Of a DNA stretch of 64,000 nucleotides, positions 51,361 through 61,400 are shown piece by piece. The notes under the pieces are model-generated. The model saw only the letters and a list, made by a program, of their open reading frames with translations, had not been told where the DNA came from and did not search any database. The DNA comes from a virus. Position 1 is the first letter of the stretch; every line of letters begins with the position of its first letter. Location of the stretch: positions 1-64,000 of IMG/VR virus record IMGVR_UViG_3300041964_000068. One strand, 5' to 3'. Both the position numbers and the translations under genes were made by a program.

Positions 51361-51960
51361 TTAGGTGCTTTGGTTGTATATCTGTAGCTGCCTGAATCTT
51401 TCTCGAATCGCTTCGACCACAGTTTTCGCCATATCTGCATCGTACTTGTCTAACATTTGTCTTCCAAACAAGCCGTCTTCTTCTTTCAATAACTGCACGA
51501 AAATCTCTTTAGCTCTTGACCGCGCATCATTAGCTTCAAGTTCGCGCAGGAGAAAAACAATCAGGTACTCTAATGCGTTGATTTCTCTGTTTCTAGATTT
51601 AATCTCCTGGTTTTTCCGCTTCAGCTTCTCATTGAGTTCAATGATGGTATATCCACGAGACTCTTCCTTTTTGGCTCTGAGTTCTTCCTCCCTGGCTTTA
51701 GCTTGTTGTGTGCGCTTCAACCCTTCCAAATAAACAATATTGCGCTCAATTCGAGATCTGGATTCAGCCTCTTTATTGACTTTATATACAGCGTCATCTG
51801 TTTCAATGCCCACCTTACGATTATTTCTAAGCTCACCAAGTCTTGCTTTGATTACTTCGTCCTTGATAGCAAGATCGGCTTGAGCTTGAAATACTTCGGC
51901 GTCTGAGGCATGAGAGTAATAGACTCGACGTTCTTCAATCCAGTCAGCTAAGTTTTTCAT
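51361..51960 (-). CDS. Coiled-coil hypothetical protein (AT-rich, antisense)
   Basis: 199 aa, charged and helical. Confidence 0.6.
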   Translation of the reverse strand: MKNLADWIEERRVYYSHASDAEVFQAQADLAIKDEVIKARLGELRNNRKVGIETDDAVYKVNKEAESRSRIERNIVYLEGLKRTQQAKAREEELRAKKEESRGYTIIELNEKLKRKNQEIKSRNREINALEYLIVFLLRELEANDARSRAKEIFVQLLKEEDGLFGRQMLDKYDADMAKTVVEAIRERFRQLQIYNQST

Positions 51961-52038
51961 TGTGTGTGCTTTTTCGGTCGTTGCAGCACTGGGACTTGTA
52001 CTGCTGAAACCAAGTCTAACACTATTTTCTTATCCGGC

Positions 52039-52067
52039 TTGACACTTATCTGTAAGTCGCTTAAGAT
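52039..52067 (+). promoter_or_regulatory. Early promoter with operator
   Basis: TTGACA-CTTATCTGTAAGTCGCT-TAAGAT. Confidence 0.8.
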
Positions 52068-52100
52068 AATGTGTAGGTAGTAAATCAAGTGAGGTTTCTG

Positions 52101-52553
52101 ATGTCACACTTCGCAAAAGTCAAGCTAAAGGCTTCTCTCGAATTGGTTCGCTCCACGCTTAACGCGATGGGATTGAGCTACACAGAGCATCCGCAAGGTA
52201 AACAGATGGCTTTTAACCCTGCCTGGGGCGAGCAAATTCACATCGCTCACCTCATTATTGACCGCGAATCTCTGAGAAGTCGATCGGGTGGGGACTACTA
52301 CCCCTCAATGGATGTGGGCTTTGTCAAGAACGAAGACAACACATATTCACCAGTGCTAGACGAGTACGTTCTGCGGGGTCATAACCAGAACTTCGGTCAG
52401 CAGTTCGCCCTCAAGTACACAGAGCTAGCCGCTGAGCAGCAAGGCTATACCGTAGTGCGTGATTCAGCGGGCAATCCTGTATTTCGAGAAGGCAAGAACG
52501 GTGAAAGAACGCTGTCAATCCAGCCCGCCAAGCGAGCCGTAGTGCGCCGATAG
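52101..52553 (+). CDS. DUF1257 (Ycf35-like) protein
   Basis: MSHFAKVK...DVGFVKNEDNTY...QQFALKY...AEQQGYTV. Confidence 0.8.
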   Translation: MSHFAKVKLKASLELVRSTLNAMGLSYTEHPQGKQMAFNPAWGEQIHIAHLIIDRESLRSRSGGDYYPSMDVGFVKNEDNTYSPVLDEYVLRGHNQNFGQQFALKYTELAAEQQGYTVVRDSAGNPVFREGKNGERTLSIQPAKRAVVRR

Positions 52554-52610
52554 GTTCTCAGTTCCGCTGTCAATTCAAGAAAACATCTCATTTACGCCAA
52601 GGAAAACATC

Positions 52611-52817
52611 ATGTCAGAGCCAGTAATCGAAATCACGGTCGGGAAAAATGGGGAAATTGTAGTTGACCCGATCGGCTTTCAGGGTAGCGAGTGCGACAAG
52701 GCGACCGCTCCTCTGTACGAGGTGTTGGGTGACATCTCAGACCGGGAAAACAAGCCTGAATATTTCTCGATTGATCCCAACAATCGCAGTTCCGCTCAGG
52801 CTCGAATTCGCGCATAG
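52611..52817 (+). CDS. DUF2997 protein
   Basis: IEITVGKNGEIVVDPIGFQGSECDKATAPL...KPEYF. Confidence 0.85.
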   Translation: MSEPVIEITVGKNGEIVVDPIGFQGSECDKATAPLYEVLGDISDRENKPEYFSIDPNNRSSAQARIRA

Positions 52818-52883
52818 GTTCGATGTAATGGGCGGCTGTTGAAGTCGCCCGCAAAACAATCTCAAGCGAAATACTAACGTTCA

Positions 52884-53711
52884 ATGCAGGCGGTCATGCA
52901 AACACTTACAACTCCCAAATCTACGGCGCTTCCGTTCACAGAATCATTTGCATTTCAGCATAACGAGCTAATTGAATTTGACGCCGCCAGCTTTCAAGCT
53001 TGGGTTGACGAGATGCTACCTCAAGCTGCAAATCTCAAGCCCTGCACTGGCGACAATCCTGACGTAAGCGGTGGCACTGTCGAGCTAGGAAATTTCAAGC
53101 TCATGCGGCGAACACTGCCAAAGACTTTTATGCAAACGCATAGCTCTCTTGGCGGTTTTTTCCCAAGTCGCCTCAAGAAGCCAATTGAGCGGCGAAGCAC
53201 TCTCAAGATTTATCAGGGCGCAAAAGCTGGACAAGTGCAGTTTAGCGACGATGTTCATATTCCTGTCTTGGCGCAACCTCAAGGTGACAGGTGGAAGGTC
53301 TGGATGAGCCTCACGCCGATGGAGATTGCAACCTGTCGCGGCGGTGTTAGGAAGGCTTTCGGTCGTGTACTGCTTGGTGGTCTAGGTCTGGGGTGGATGG
53401 CTCAACGAATTGCCGAACGAAAGCAGGTTGAGCGAGTGACGATCGTCGAGAGCAATCTTGATGTTCTTCAGTTCTTTGGTCAGCCGCTTGTTGAGAAGTT
53501 TGGCGCAAATCGCGTTCAACTTGTTCACGCTGATGTCTGGAAGTATATTGCCGATCGTAATTACGACTGCTACGACAGCTACATCATGGATGTTTGGAGC
53601 AGCTACGGGCAGGCCGAGTATTACCCGCCTTTCTGCGATCTCAAGGCGGAGTGCCAGAAGGCGGGTAAGAGAGTTTGGGGCTGGGGCGACGTTAAACACC
53701 TACCGGAGTAA
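52884..53711 (+). CDS. Spermidine-synthase-like SAM-dependent methyltransferase
   Basis: VWMSLTPME; VLLGGLGLGW; VTIVESN; IMDVW. Confidence 0.75.
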   Translation: MQAVMQTLTTPKSTALPFTESFAFQHNELIEFDAASFQAWVDEMLPQAANLKPCTGDNPDVSGGTVELGNFKLMRRTLPKTFMQTHSSLGGFFPSRLKKPIERRSTLKIYQGAKAGQVQFSDDVHIPVLAQPQGDRWKVWMSLTPMEIATCRGGVRKAFGRVLLGGLGLGWMAQRIAERKQVERVTIVESNLDVLQFFGQPLVEKFGANRVQLVHADVWKYIADRNYDCYDSYIMDVWSSYGQAEYYPPFCDLKAECQKAGKRVWGWGDVKHLPE

Positions 53712-53755
53712 AAATCATGCTGACAGGAAACCATGAAAAAATACCAGAGGGCTAA

Positions 53756-54154
53756 ATGATTCCCAAGCATTTAATTTCTAATCGCTGTCCTATTTGCAAA
53801 ACACCCAAGTTTGGAAGCTCATCTCATCGTTGCCCACCCGTCTTCTACGTCTTGCTTCGGTTCAAGGGAGAGAATGAATTCTTGAACGAGCCGGGGAAGG
53901 TTTACGCCCTCAATCCCGAAGAAGCGCTAGAGCGATTTGTCAAGCAGTTTGACAATGACACTGACTACCAAATTGCTTCAGACAATGAGTTTTTAGATGG
54001 GTTTGTTTTTACCGAGCGCACCTATAACGAAGCGCAAGAAACCGAGGAAGAAATCAACTGGCTGCAAGTGCCTCATGAATTCTTCGAGGTTGAAGGCTGC
54101 ATGGTTTCTGATTACGTAATTACCCAAAAGCAGGTGAGTAATGCCCAGCCGTAA
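53756..54154 (+). CDS. Hypothetical protein (N-terminal Zn finger)
   Basis: CPIC...HRCPP. Confidence 0.6.
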   Translation: MIPKHLISNRCPICKTPKFGSSSHRCPPVFYVLLRFKGENEFLNEPGKVYALNPEEALERFVKQFDNDTDYQIASDNEFLDGFVFTERTYNEAQETEEEINWLQVPHEFFEVEGCMVSDYVITQKQVSNAQP

Positions 54155-54443
54155 GCGCGATCTCTCAAAGATGCCCATTCAACCCTCTCCCTGCCGCACC
54201 TGCCCGTTCGAGGGAGAGGAGCCGATCCAACTGGAGCCGGAATCGTTAGCCCGCTATTACAAAAACTTAATAACGTTCCAATCAAGCCATCTTTGCCACA
54301 GCGCCAATAACAACAAAATCTGTCGCGGTGGGCGCAATATTCAGCTACGAATTATGTGCCGTAAAAACATAATCGAAGCGCCGACAGATGAAGCTTTCAC
54401 GAAAGCTATGAATGAATGCAAGGGAGATCAAGACAGTGAGTGA
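54141..54443 (+). CDS. Cys-rich hypothetical phage protein
   Basis: PCRTCPF...HLCHS...ICRG. Confidence 0.6.
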   Translation: MPSRKRDLSKMPIQPSPCRTCPFEGEEPIQLEPESLARYYKNLITFQSSHLCHSANNNKICRGGRNIQLRIMCRKNIIEAPTDEAFTKAMNECKGDQDSE

Positions 54444-54978
54444 CATCGAACCAGTACCGCCGTTTGTGTATGAGCCGATCGATCTGCCTGAAGCCGTTCT
54501 CAGAATCTTGCAGATGGCGCAGACAGGCGTTTATCGTCCCGATATTATTGACGCCTTGCGCCCGTACTGCTCGAAGCGCGATATCCTTCGGGCAATTCGC
54601 CTCGCCAAAGAGTTCGGCCTGGTTAATATTAGGCAACGTGCCGAAGTCTCGCAGCAGCACGGCTCGTACTATCGGCTTGAGGTTTTCTATATGCCGACTT
54701 ACGAGGAAGTAAAAATCCACTTGCAAATGATGGGCGAAATTCCTCGCAAAGCGTTTAGTGTCCAGAGAGGGGCGCTCACTCCAGAAGAATTCCAGGACTG
54801 GGGTAAATTGGGACGCCGATCGATTGAAGATTACTATCCGCTGCTGCTGGGAACGGCTGGGATTGTCGCCGGGTTTATCTTCGCATTAACCTCGTTGACG
54901 GCGCTCTATTTCATTTCCATCGGTGTCGCTGCCGCCTCGTTCAGTATCTATTTCTTCCAGACAAGGAGAGGGCGATGA
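54436..54978 (+). CDS. Cyanobacterial-type wHTH plus TM hypothetical protein
   Basis: ILQMAQTGVYR...IRLAKEFGL...GSYYRL; two C-terminal TM helices; start approximate. Confidence 0.55.
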   Translation: MSDIEPVPPFVYEPIDLPEAVLRILQMAQTGVYRPDIIDALRPYCSKRDILRAIRLAKEFGLVNIRQRAEVSQQHGSYYRLEVFYMPTYEEVKIHLQMMGEIPRKAFSVQRGALTPEEFQDWGKLGRRSIEDYYPLLLGTAGIVAGFIFALTSLTALYFISIGVAAASFSIYFFQTRRGR

Positions 54979-55157
54979 GGTTAATCTCTTTTGCTGCTTC
55001 AGCTTACGCCTGCGGGGTTGTCGCGAAAATGTGCTGGAACGCAGACACGAATTCAGCTAACGCTCAGCTTGCTTGGGCAACCTCAGCAATTGTTGTGCTT
55101 TTGATGATGATTCTTTTGGTTGTTACTGACGAGCCTAAAAAATAAGAAAAAGCAATA

Positions 55158-55478
55158 ATGAATGTTGAAGTCACGCCACGCGAAGAACTCATTATTCTCG
55201 CGCTCTACGATAAAGAACTCTACGGCCTGGAAATCTCAAAGGCCATAGAACAAGCTAGCAACGAAAAGCTTCGGATGAGCGTTGGCACACTGTACCCTCT
55301 CCTACACTCCCTTGAAGACAAAGGACTTATCAAGCCCCGATGGGGTGATGAAGGCCGGGGAGAGCGGAAAGGCGCGAGGCGTTGCTACTACAAGCTCACA
55401 GCTAGCGGCGTGGCTACCTTCGAGGCTATTCAATCCTTCCGAGCTAATCTCGTCAATTGGCAGCCAGGCGTTAGTTAG
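55158..55478 (+). CDS. PadR-family transcriptional regulator
   Basis: LYGLEI...GTLYPLLHSLEDKGLI..RW...RRCYYKLTASG. Confidence 0.92.
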   Translation: MNVEVTPREELIILALYDKELYGLEISKAIEQASNEKLRMSVGTLYPLLHSLEDKGLIKPRWGDEGRGERKGARRCYYKLTASGVATFEAIQSFRANLVNWQPGVS

Positions 55479-58400
55479 CTCCTCGACAACGAACCGCCGG
55501 GGCGCTTCTCCTTCTGAATGGTGGCCTGAATCTGCGATTCCATGATTTGTCTGAAGGCCGGGATATCGACACTGGATTCTTCGCCGCTGACGTTGACGGT
55601 GACGGGCACGTTGACATCGCCGCCCCGCTTGCCGCCCGCCGCCATGCCGCTCGTTTGAATGCGAGGAGCGCTCATGCCCACTGTGCCGCCGGACTTGAAG
55701 TTTAGTACATCGTCCATCCCCAATTCGCGGTAGCGCCGTGCCTGAGCAACCGTTAGAACCTCCTCCCCCGGCGTCAAGGCAGCGAGAACCGCATTGTTCC
55801 CTTCTCGCTGCAACGCCTCGCTAATTGCGCCGTAGCCCTTGCGATAGCTGGAGTGATTGAGCGCATCCACTTCGCCGCCTTCAGCAAACCCGCCAATCAG
55901 CGAAGCCCCGATATTCAAAATCGTTCCCGCCAATCCTCCACCCAGGCCGCCACCGCCGCCGCCAACCGCCGCGCCCGCCGCCTGCTGTCCCGCGCCGAAG
56001 ATGCCGCTCAGAACTCCGCCGATCCCGCCGCCGCCCGCCGCTTGTTGCCCCGGCAGGCCACCGCCGCCGCCAAACAGATCCTTCAGCAAGGCGTTGACGG
56101 CAAGCTGAGCGAGTTGCGAGAGGATATTCGAGATTAGATCCTTGAACGCTTCACCCGCCGACTTGGAGCCTGTGAGGATGTCATTAAAGAACTGCCCTAG
56201 CGATTCCTGTCCGATCGTCTCAAGCGTCTCCCCCAAGTCTTTGAATTGACTGTCGATGTTCTCCAGGTTCAGGGCATTCAGGGTTTCGGCTTCGGATCGA
56301 AGTGCTGCAATTTGCTCAGCCGAAAACTGTGTCGATTCTTCGAGCGCGTCAATGCCCGACATCTGCCGCCCGAATCGCTCGTTCTCCTGCTCAAACGCAT
56401 ACTGCTCTCGCACCTGCGCTGCGCCGAAGGTGTCCCGATTGTTTTCGAGATAGGTTGCCGAAGCCTCAACTGTGTCTTGCTGAAGCGTATCCTCAAGCTG
56501 TTGCCGTACTTGCTCTAGTCCGGTTTGAGCGATCCGGATTTCGATATCGCGCTGCTGAGTGAGAGCGTCAAGCTGATCGGATAAGTGCGTGGCTTCTTGT
56601 TGGGCTAAAGTTAGCTGCTCCGGGTTGAGGTTCAATCCCTGCCCGTCGATCGCCTCCATGTTGTCGCGGATTCGCTTAAGCTGCTCCTCCAGCGGGCGCA
56701 TTTGCTCAGCGTAACGATCTCCGATGCCCATGATGTCGCCACGAGTCTGAATCACCTGCACCCCAATTTCATTGCCTTCGAGTCCGGCTTGCGCGGCTCG
56801 CTCTTGCAGCATCAGGGCTGCACTTTGGCGTAAGCTCTCCGCTCGTTGAAGTGCCTGCTGCTGTGCATAGGCTTCGGTAGCGATGTCATTCTGACGGTCA
56901 AACAAGGTTTGCGCGTCGTTGAGTACACCCTGGAAGCGGTTTAGCTCGGTCTGGGTGTTGTTGATGAAGCTGTCTAGACCGGGAATAGCCGACAGCATCT
57001 CGGTCGCTTGCGCCTCGATCGTCGCCGGATCAACGCCAAGCTGAGCGGCCTGAGTGCGGAAGTCCTGTACCTGCGTCAGGATTTCGTTCTTCGCTGCTTC
57101 TGCTGCGGTAATGGCTTCTTGGGCATCGCGAACACTACGAATCAGGTCGCGGTTTTGGTCTTGGAACTGCCGCTCGCGCTGAACGCCTGCCCGGATGAAC
57201 TCGGCTGACTGAGTATCGCCCAGCATCTCCAGCGATATATCTTCCTGAGCGCGTTCGTAGTTGAGCGCTTCGTCCTGCATCTCTTCCGCCGATCGCCGCA
57301 GTGATGTCATGCGATCCTGCACCATGCGGCGAAGGTTGGCGCTACTGGCACTGTTTTGAGCCGCTAGCCGCTGATCGTAGGACTCAAGCTGATCTGTAAG
57401 GGCTTGAGAAGCGACACCTAAACCTTGGTTGACCTGTGTCTGTCCGAAGCGCAACCCCTGATTAACGCCAGGAGCGCCGGGGTACTGAGTCTGAGAGGCC
57501 AAGGCCGTAGTCGCGGCAGCATTTCCGGTGACGCCGCTATCCCGCAAGAACTGTTGCGCCCGTTCGTAATGATCGCCCGATTGAAATTTGGGTGCAGCAT
57601 TGCGTACCGTAGTACCGTTGGAGTCTCTTCTGTTCCAGTAACGCTCTGAGCGTTGCCCGCTAGCACCGCTGAGTAGGCGTGTCGGATGTCGTGTTGTCCG
57701 GGTTGGAATCCTCGATCTTGCAGGTAGCGCTCAATCGCGGGCATTTGCTCTGCGATTGACTGATTCCGGCGAATGCCGTAGCGCTGCTGATTGTCCGGCG
57801 AAAACTGAATCAAGCCTTGGTAATCGTTGCCGTCACCGCCCATTACGTTCGGGTTGAATGATCCGCCCGACTCCCAACTCATCAAAGCGGCAAACTGATC
57901 GACAGGTAAGCCAAGGCGCTGAGCAGCCCCCGCCATCGCTGCGGCTCCGGCAGGGTCAGACCGCACTCGTTCGGCGCGGCTGAGTGTCCCGCCGCGAGGC
58001 ACGTAGCGCTGTCCTGTTGGTTGAGGCGCGGCTTGAGCGGGTCTAGCAGCTTGCGCGGGAGCAGGCGCAGGCGCAGGTGCAGGAGCTTGCTGAATCGCCT
58101 GATTGAAATTAGGCGCTCCTCTTGCCAGTTCTCGTGCGGTTCGATCGCGCATTCCCAGCGCGGCACGGTTTGTTCTACGGCTATCCGGTGCAAAGAAATC
58201 CAGCGAAACGTGCGCCCCGGTTGTCGATCCGGTTCGCCCCTGCGTACCCAACACCGTGCCGACACCGACTTGTTGACCCACCTGCACGGCAACCCGATCG
58301 AGGTGAGCGTAGAGCATATCAACAAACTCCCCCGTCACCTCATCACGAGCGCGTACAATCACCTGATTGCCGTAGCCTCTGCGTCCGGTGTTGCGGCCTC

Positions 58401-61400
58401 CCCGCCCCATATTGTTTTCCCAGTTCTGATCCGTCACGGTGCGAACCACCGTACCCGCCGCCACCGCGCCGAACTCTGCTCCCCTCCTGCCGTCTGCTAC
58501 CACATAATCGAGGCCAGGTTCACCGCTTGCGTCCACTGCTGACGTGACGTGAATCCCCTCAAAGCGGGTCGTTCGCCCTGCCGCCGCCGCTGCGCCCGCT
58601 AGAGGAGCGCCCGTTGCTGGCTGTAAACCGCTGAGAAGCTGTTGCGCCTGCATTGCGGTGTCCGCAAACTGATTGTTCGCCGCGAGGCGATTGCGCTGTG
58701 CTTCAAGCAGGTTCTTCAGCGGCTCAAATAGCTGCTCGACGAGTTCGGTCATGCCGGAAACAAACTCGCCAAAGTATTTATTACCGATTCCGGTAAGGTT
58801 CGTGCTGAGCCTTGTTCGCGCCTGCATCATGACGCGATCGAGGTCGGATTCCTTGATCGACATCGCCACGTCTTGAGCGTTGCGTTCAATGCCCCGGTAG
58901 AAGTCGGCTACCTGAGTCGAGACTTCTTTAAGCTGCTGCTGAGCGTCTACTTGAGCTTGGGCGATTTCACCTTGCAGCGAGGTTACATCAATTTGGCGCT
59001 GAGAAAGCTGCTCCTGAATGTCAGCCGCAATCAAAAGCTGATCCTTCAGATCTCCGTCCGGCCTTGCGGGGTCGTTGGCGTAGGCGCGAATTTGTGCGGC
59101 TCCCGTCCCCGGCGCAATCTCAGCCGTCCTGAGTGCGTTTTGCAGTTCAGCGTTCAGCAGTTGATTTTGCAGCCGCGAAATCTCTTGCTGACTAGCTTGA
59201 ATCTGTGCGTTCAAGCGTTCCTGATTCGCTCGGTTCTGACGGTCGCCTGCCTGTACTGTGTTCAGTCCTCCAGCCGCTTGCTGTTGCAAGATTTCGGTTT
59301 GGTTGGCGGCGGCTTCTTGCTGTAGGCGAGTGTTCGTGTCAGCGGTAACCGCTTTATTTGTTCGTACTCTTGAGTGAGCCGCTGAACGCTTGTAACCGAC
59401 TGCTGAATCAGCTTGTTTAGGTTCGCCTGTCCTTCCTCAGACGCACCGATCAGATTGTTGACCTGTTCAAGCTGCCGAATTAACGCCTCTTTGTTCTCTG
59501 CGTTCTCAGGCGTATCGAATGCCCCTGAACCCAGATCGGCCTCAAGCTGGTCACGAATTTGTTTGAAGCTTTCCAGGTTGGCGGAAACAAGCGCCTGCAC
59601 TTCCGCGATCGGACGGCTCGCCGTTTCTCGCGCCTGCACCAGATCGTTGCGCTGAGCTTCAAGCTGTCGGCGCATATCGGTATCAGCGGGCGATAGCGCT
59701 TGTCGCTGAAGCGAATTCTGGCGTAGTTGAGCATCAATGCGATTAAGGTCTTGGATTTGAGTACCGCCGCGCCCGCCCGCGCCCAGCATCCCGTAAAGAC
59801 GGCTGAGGGATTCGTTTCCGCCTGTAATCGCGTTGCCCGACTGAATGATCCGATCTTCGGCTTGTTTCTGCGCGTAGGTTCTCAGAGGAGTTTGCAGCCT
59901 TCGCTCTCCCTCTCCGAGTACCCCTATCCGGCGCAGCCCCGCATCCGCCAATCCACCGAGCGGATCTGACTGAATTCCGCGCTCAATCATACGCGACAAC
60001 CCCGCCCCGGCCTCGTCACCCAGCAGCGCCTTGAAGATCCCGCCCGCTGCTGTTTCCTCCATCATCGAAGGAGCTTTGATCGAAGCTAGCGCGTCTTTCG
60101 CGTCAGTGAGTGACTTGACAAAGCGGTTCGTTTGCTCGGTGCTTTCGCCAACGCTTTCTTTGTAGCGATCGAGGCGTCCATTAATATCAGTCGCCGCCTG
60201 TCCAATTGCGCCGGAAGAATCAGAAATCCCGGTCTTGAATATATGGAACAGGTTGAAGATGGCGGTGATGACAGCGAATTCCAGCGCGACCCGCTTCAGC
60301 ATCGTCAGCAGTCGGCCTAGAATTGCCGGAATCTTTGCAAACGCCGCTCCTACCAGTTCGGCAACTGCCGGAATCCCCATCAACATCCCGATTAGCTGAG
60401 CGAAGCCCTTGACCATGTTGCGAACAATCGCAAAGGTGAGCAGCCCCAATGCCTGGTTGAGGATGTCGGCGTTCTCTCTCACGACCGACATTGCTTCCGC
60501 CATCGCATTAAAGCCCAGGTTGCGAACAGGGAGCGCTAAATCCCCGATCGATTCCTGCAACAGCAAAATTTCGTTGTTAAGGCGATTGGTTGCAGACTGA
60601 GCCGTATTCGCTGACCCCGCTAATCCTACCGAGGTTTCCGCCGAAAGCTGCTGTGCGAAGCGAGGAATGAACTCCTCTGCTGTCACCTCGCCGCTTTCGA
60701 CCCGCTTCGAGAATTCTTGAGGAGACATCCCGTAGGATCTTGCCGCAACCCCGATCGACGAAGGCAGCGCTTCAGCGAGTTGTCCGCGCAATTCTTCGAG
60801 GCTTAGCTGTGACTTGTCGATCATCTGCTGAAGCGCAACATAAGCATTTTGCTGTCGCTCAGGAGAGACGCCATAAACAGCAGAAGCTTGGTTGACGGCT
60901 CCGAAAAGCTGTCGAATCGATTCTCCTTCGAGGCTAGTTCCTTGCGCTGACGCACCTAGACCCGCGAAACCCTGCAAGTTGGTTTCGATATTGGTTCCCA
61001 GGTCAGTAGATTGATTTTTGACAAGCGCGATATTTTGAGCGGCTTCGGCGCTGGAGCTACTGGTGAATTTGATCGCCTGTTCCATGCTCTCAAACCGCAT
61101 CGCCACTTCCATCGAAGCGGTGATGAACTGATCGAGCAACATCAAAATCGGCTTCAGGACAAGCTCGAAGGAGACAAATCCAACCGCCAAGTTTGTAATC
61201 AGGCGCGTGTTCTTGAGGATGCCGTCTGCGATTCCGGCGAACGCCCGCCCAACCTTGGGCGCAAACGTCGCCATCTCTTTCATCGCATCGAGTGAATCCA
61301 GCATGAACGAGATGCTGCCGCCGATGATCGGGATATTTTCTAGCGGATGCTGAGTGCTGACCTCGAATTCTTGGAACTCACCCAGGTCTTTGCCGAGTTC

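Noticed and set aside
1020-59300. Many split genes (GT, MTase, ParB, Dit-GH, fibres, J, I, L, RusA, TMP) read as pseudogenes or programmed frameshifts
   Set aside because: Single-base indels are scattered through essential genes with otherwise intact motifs, often near homopolymers; long-read error is the simplest explanation, though a decaying prophage cannot be fully excluded
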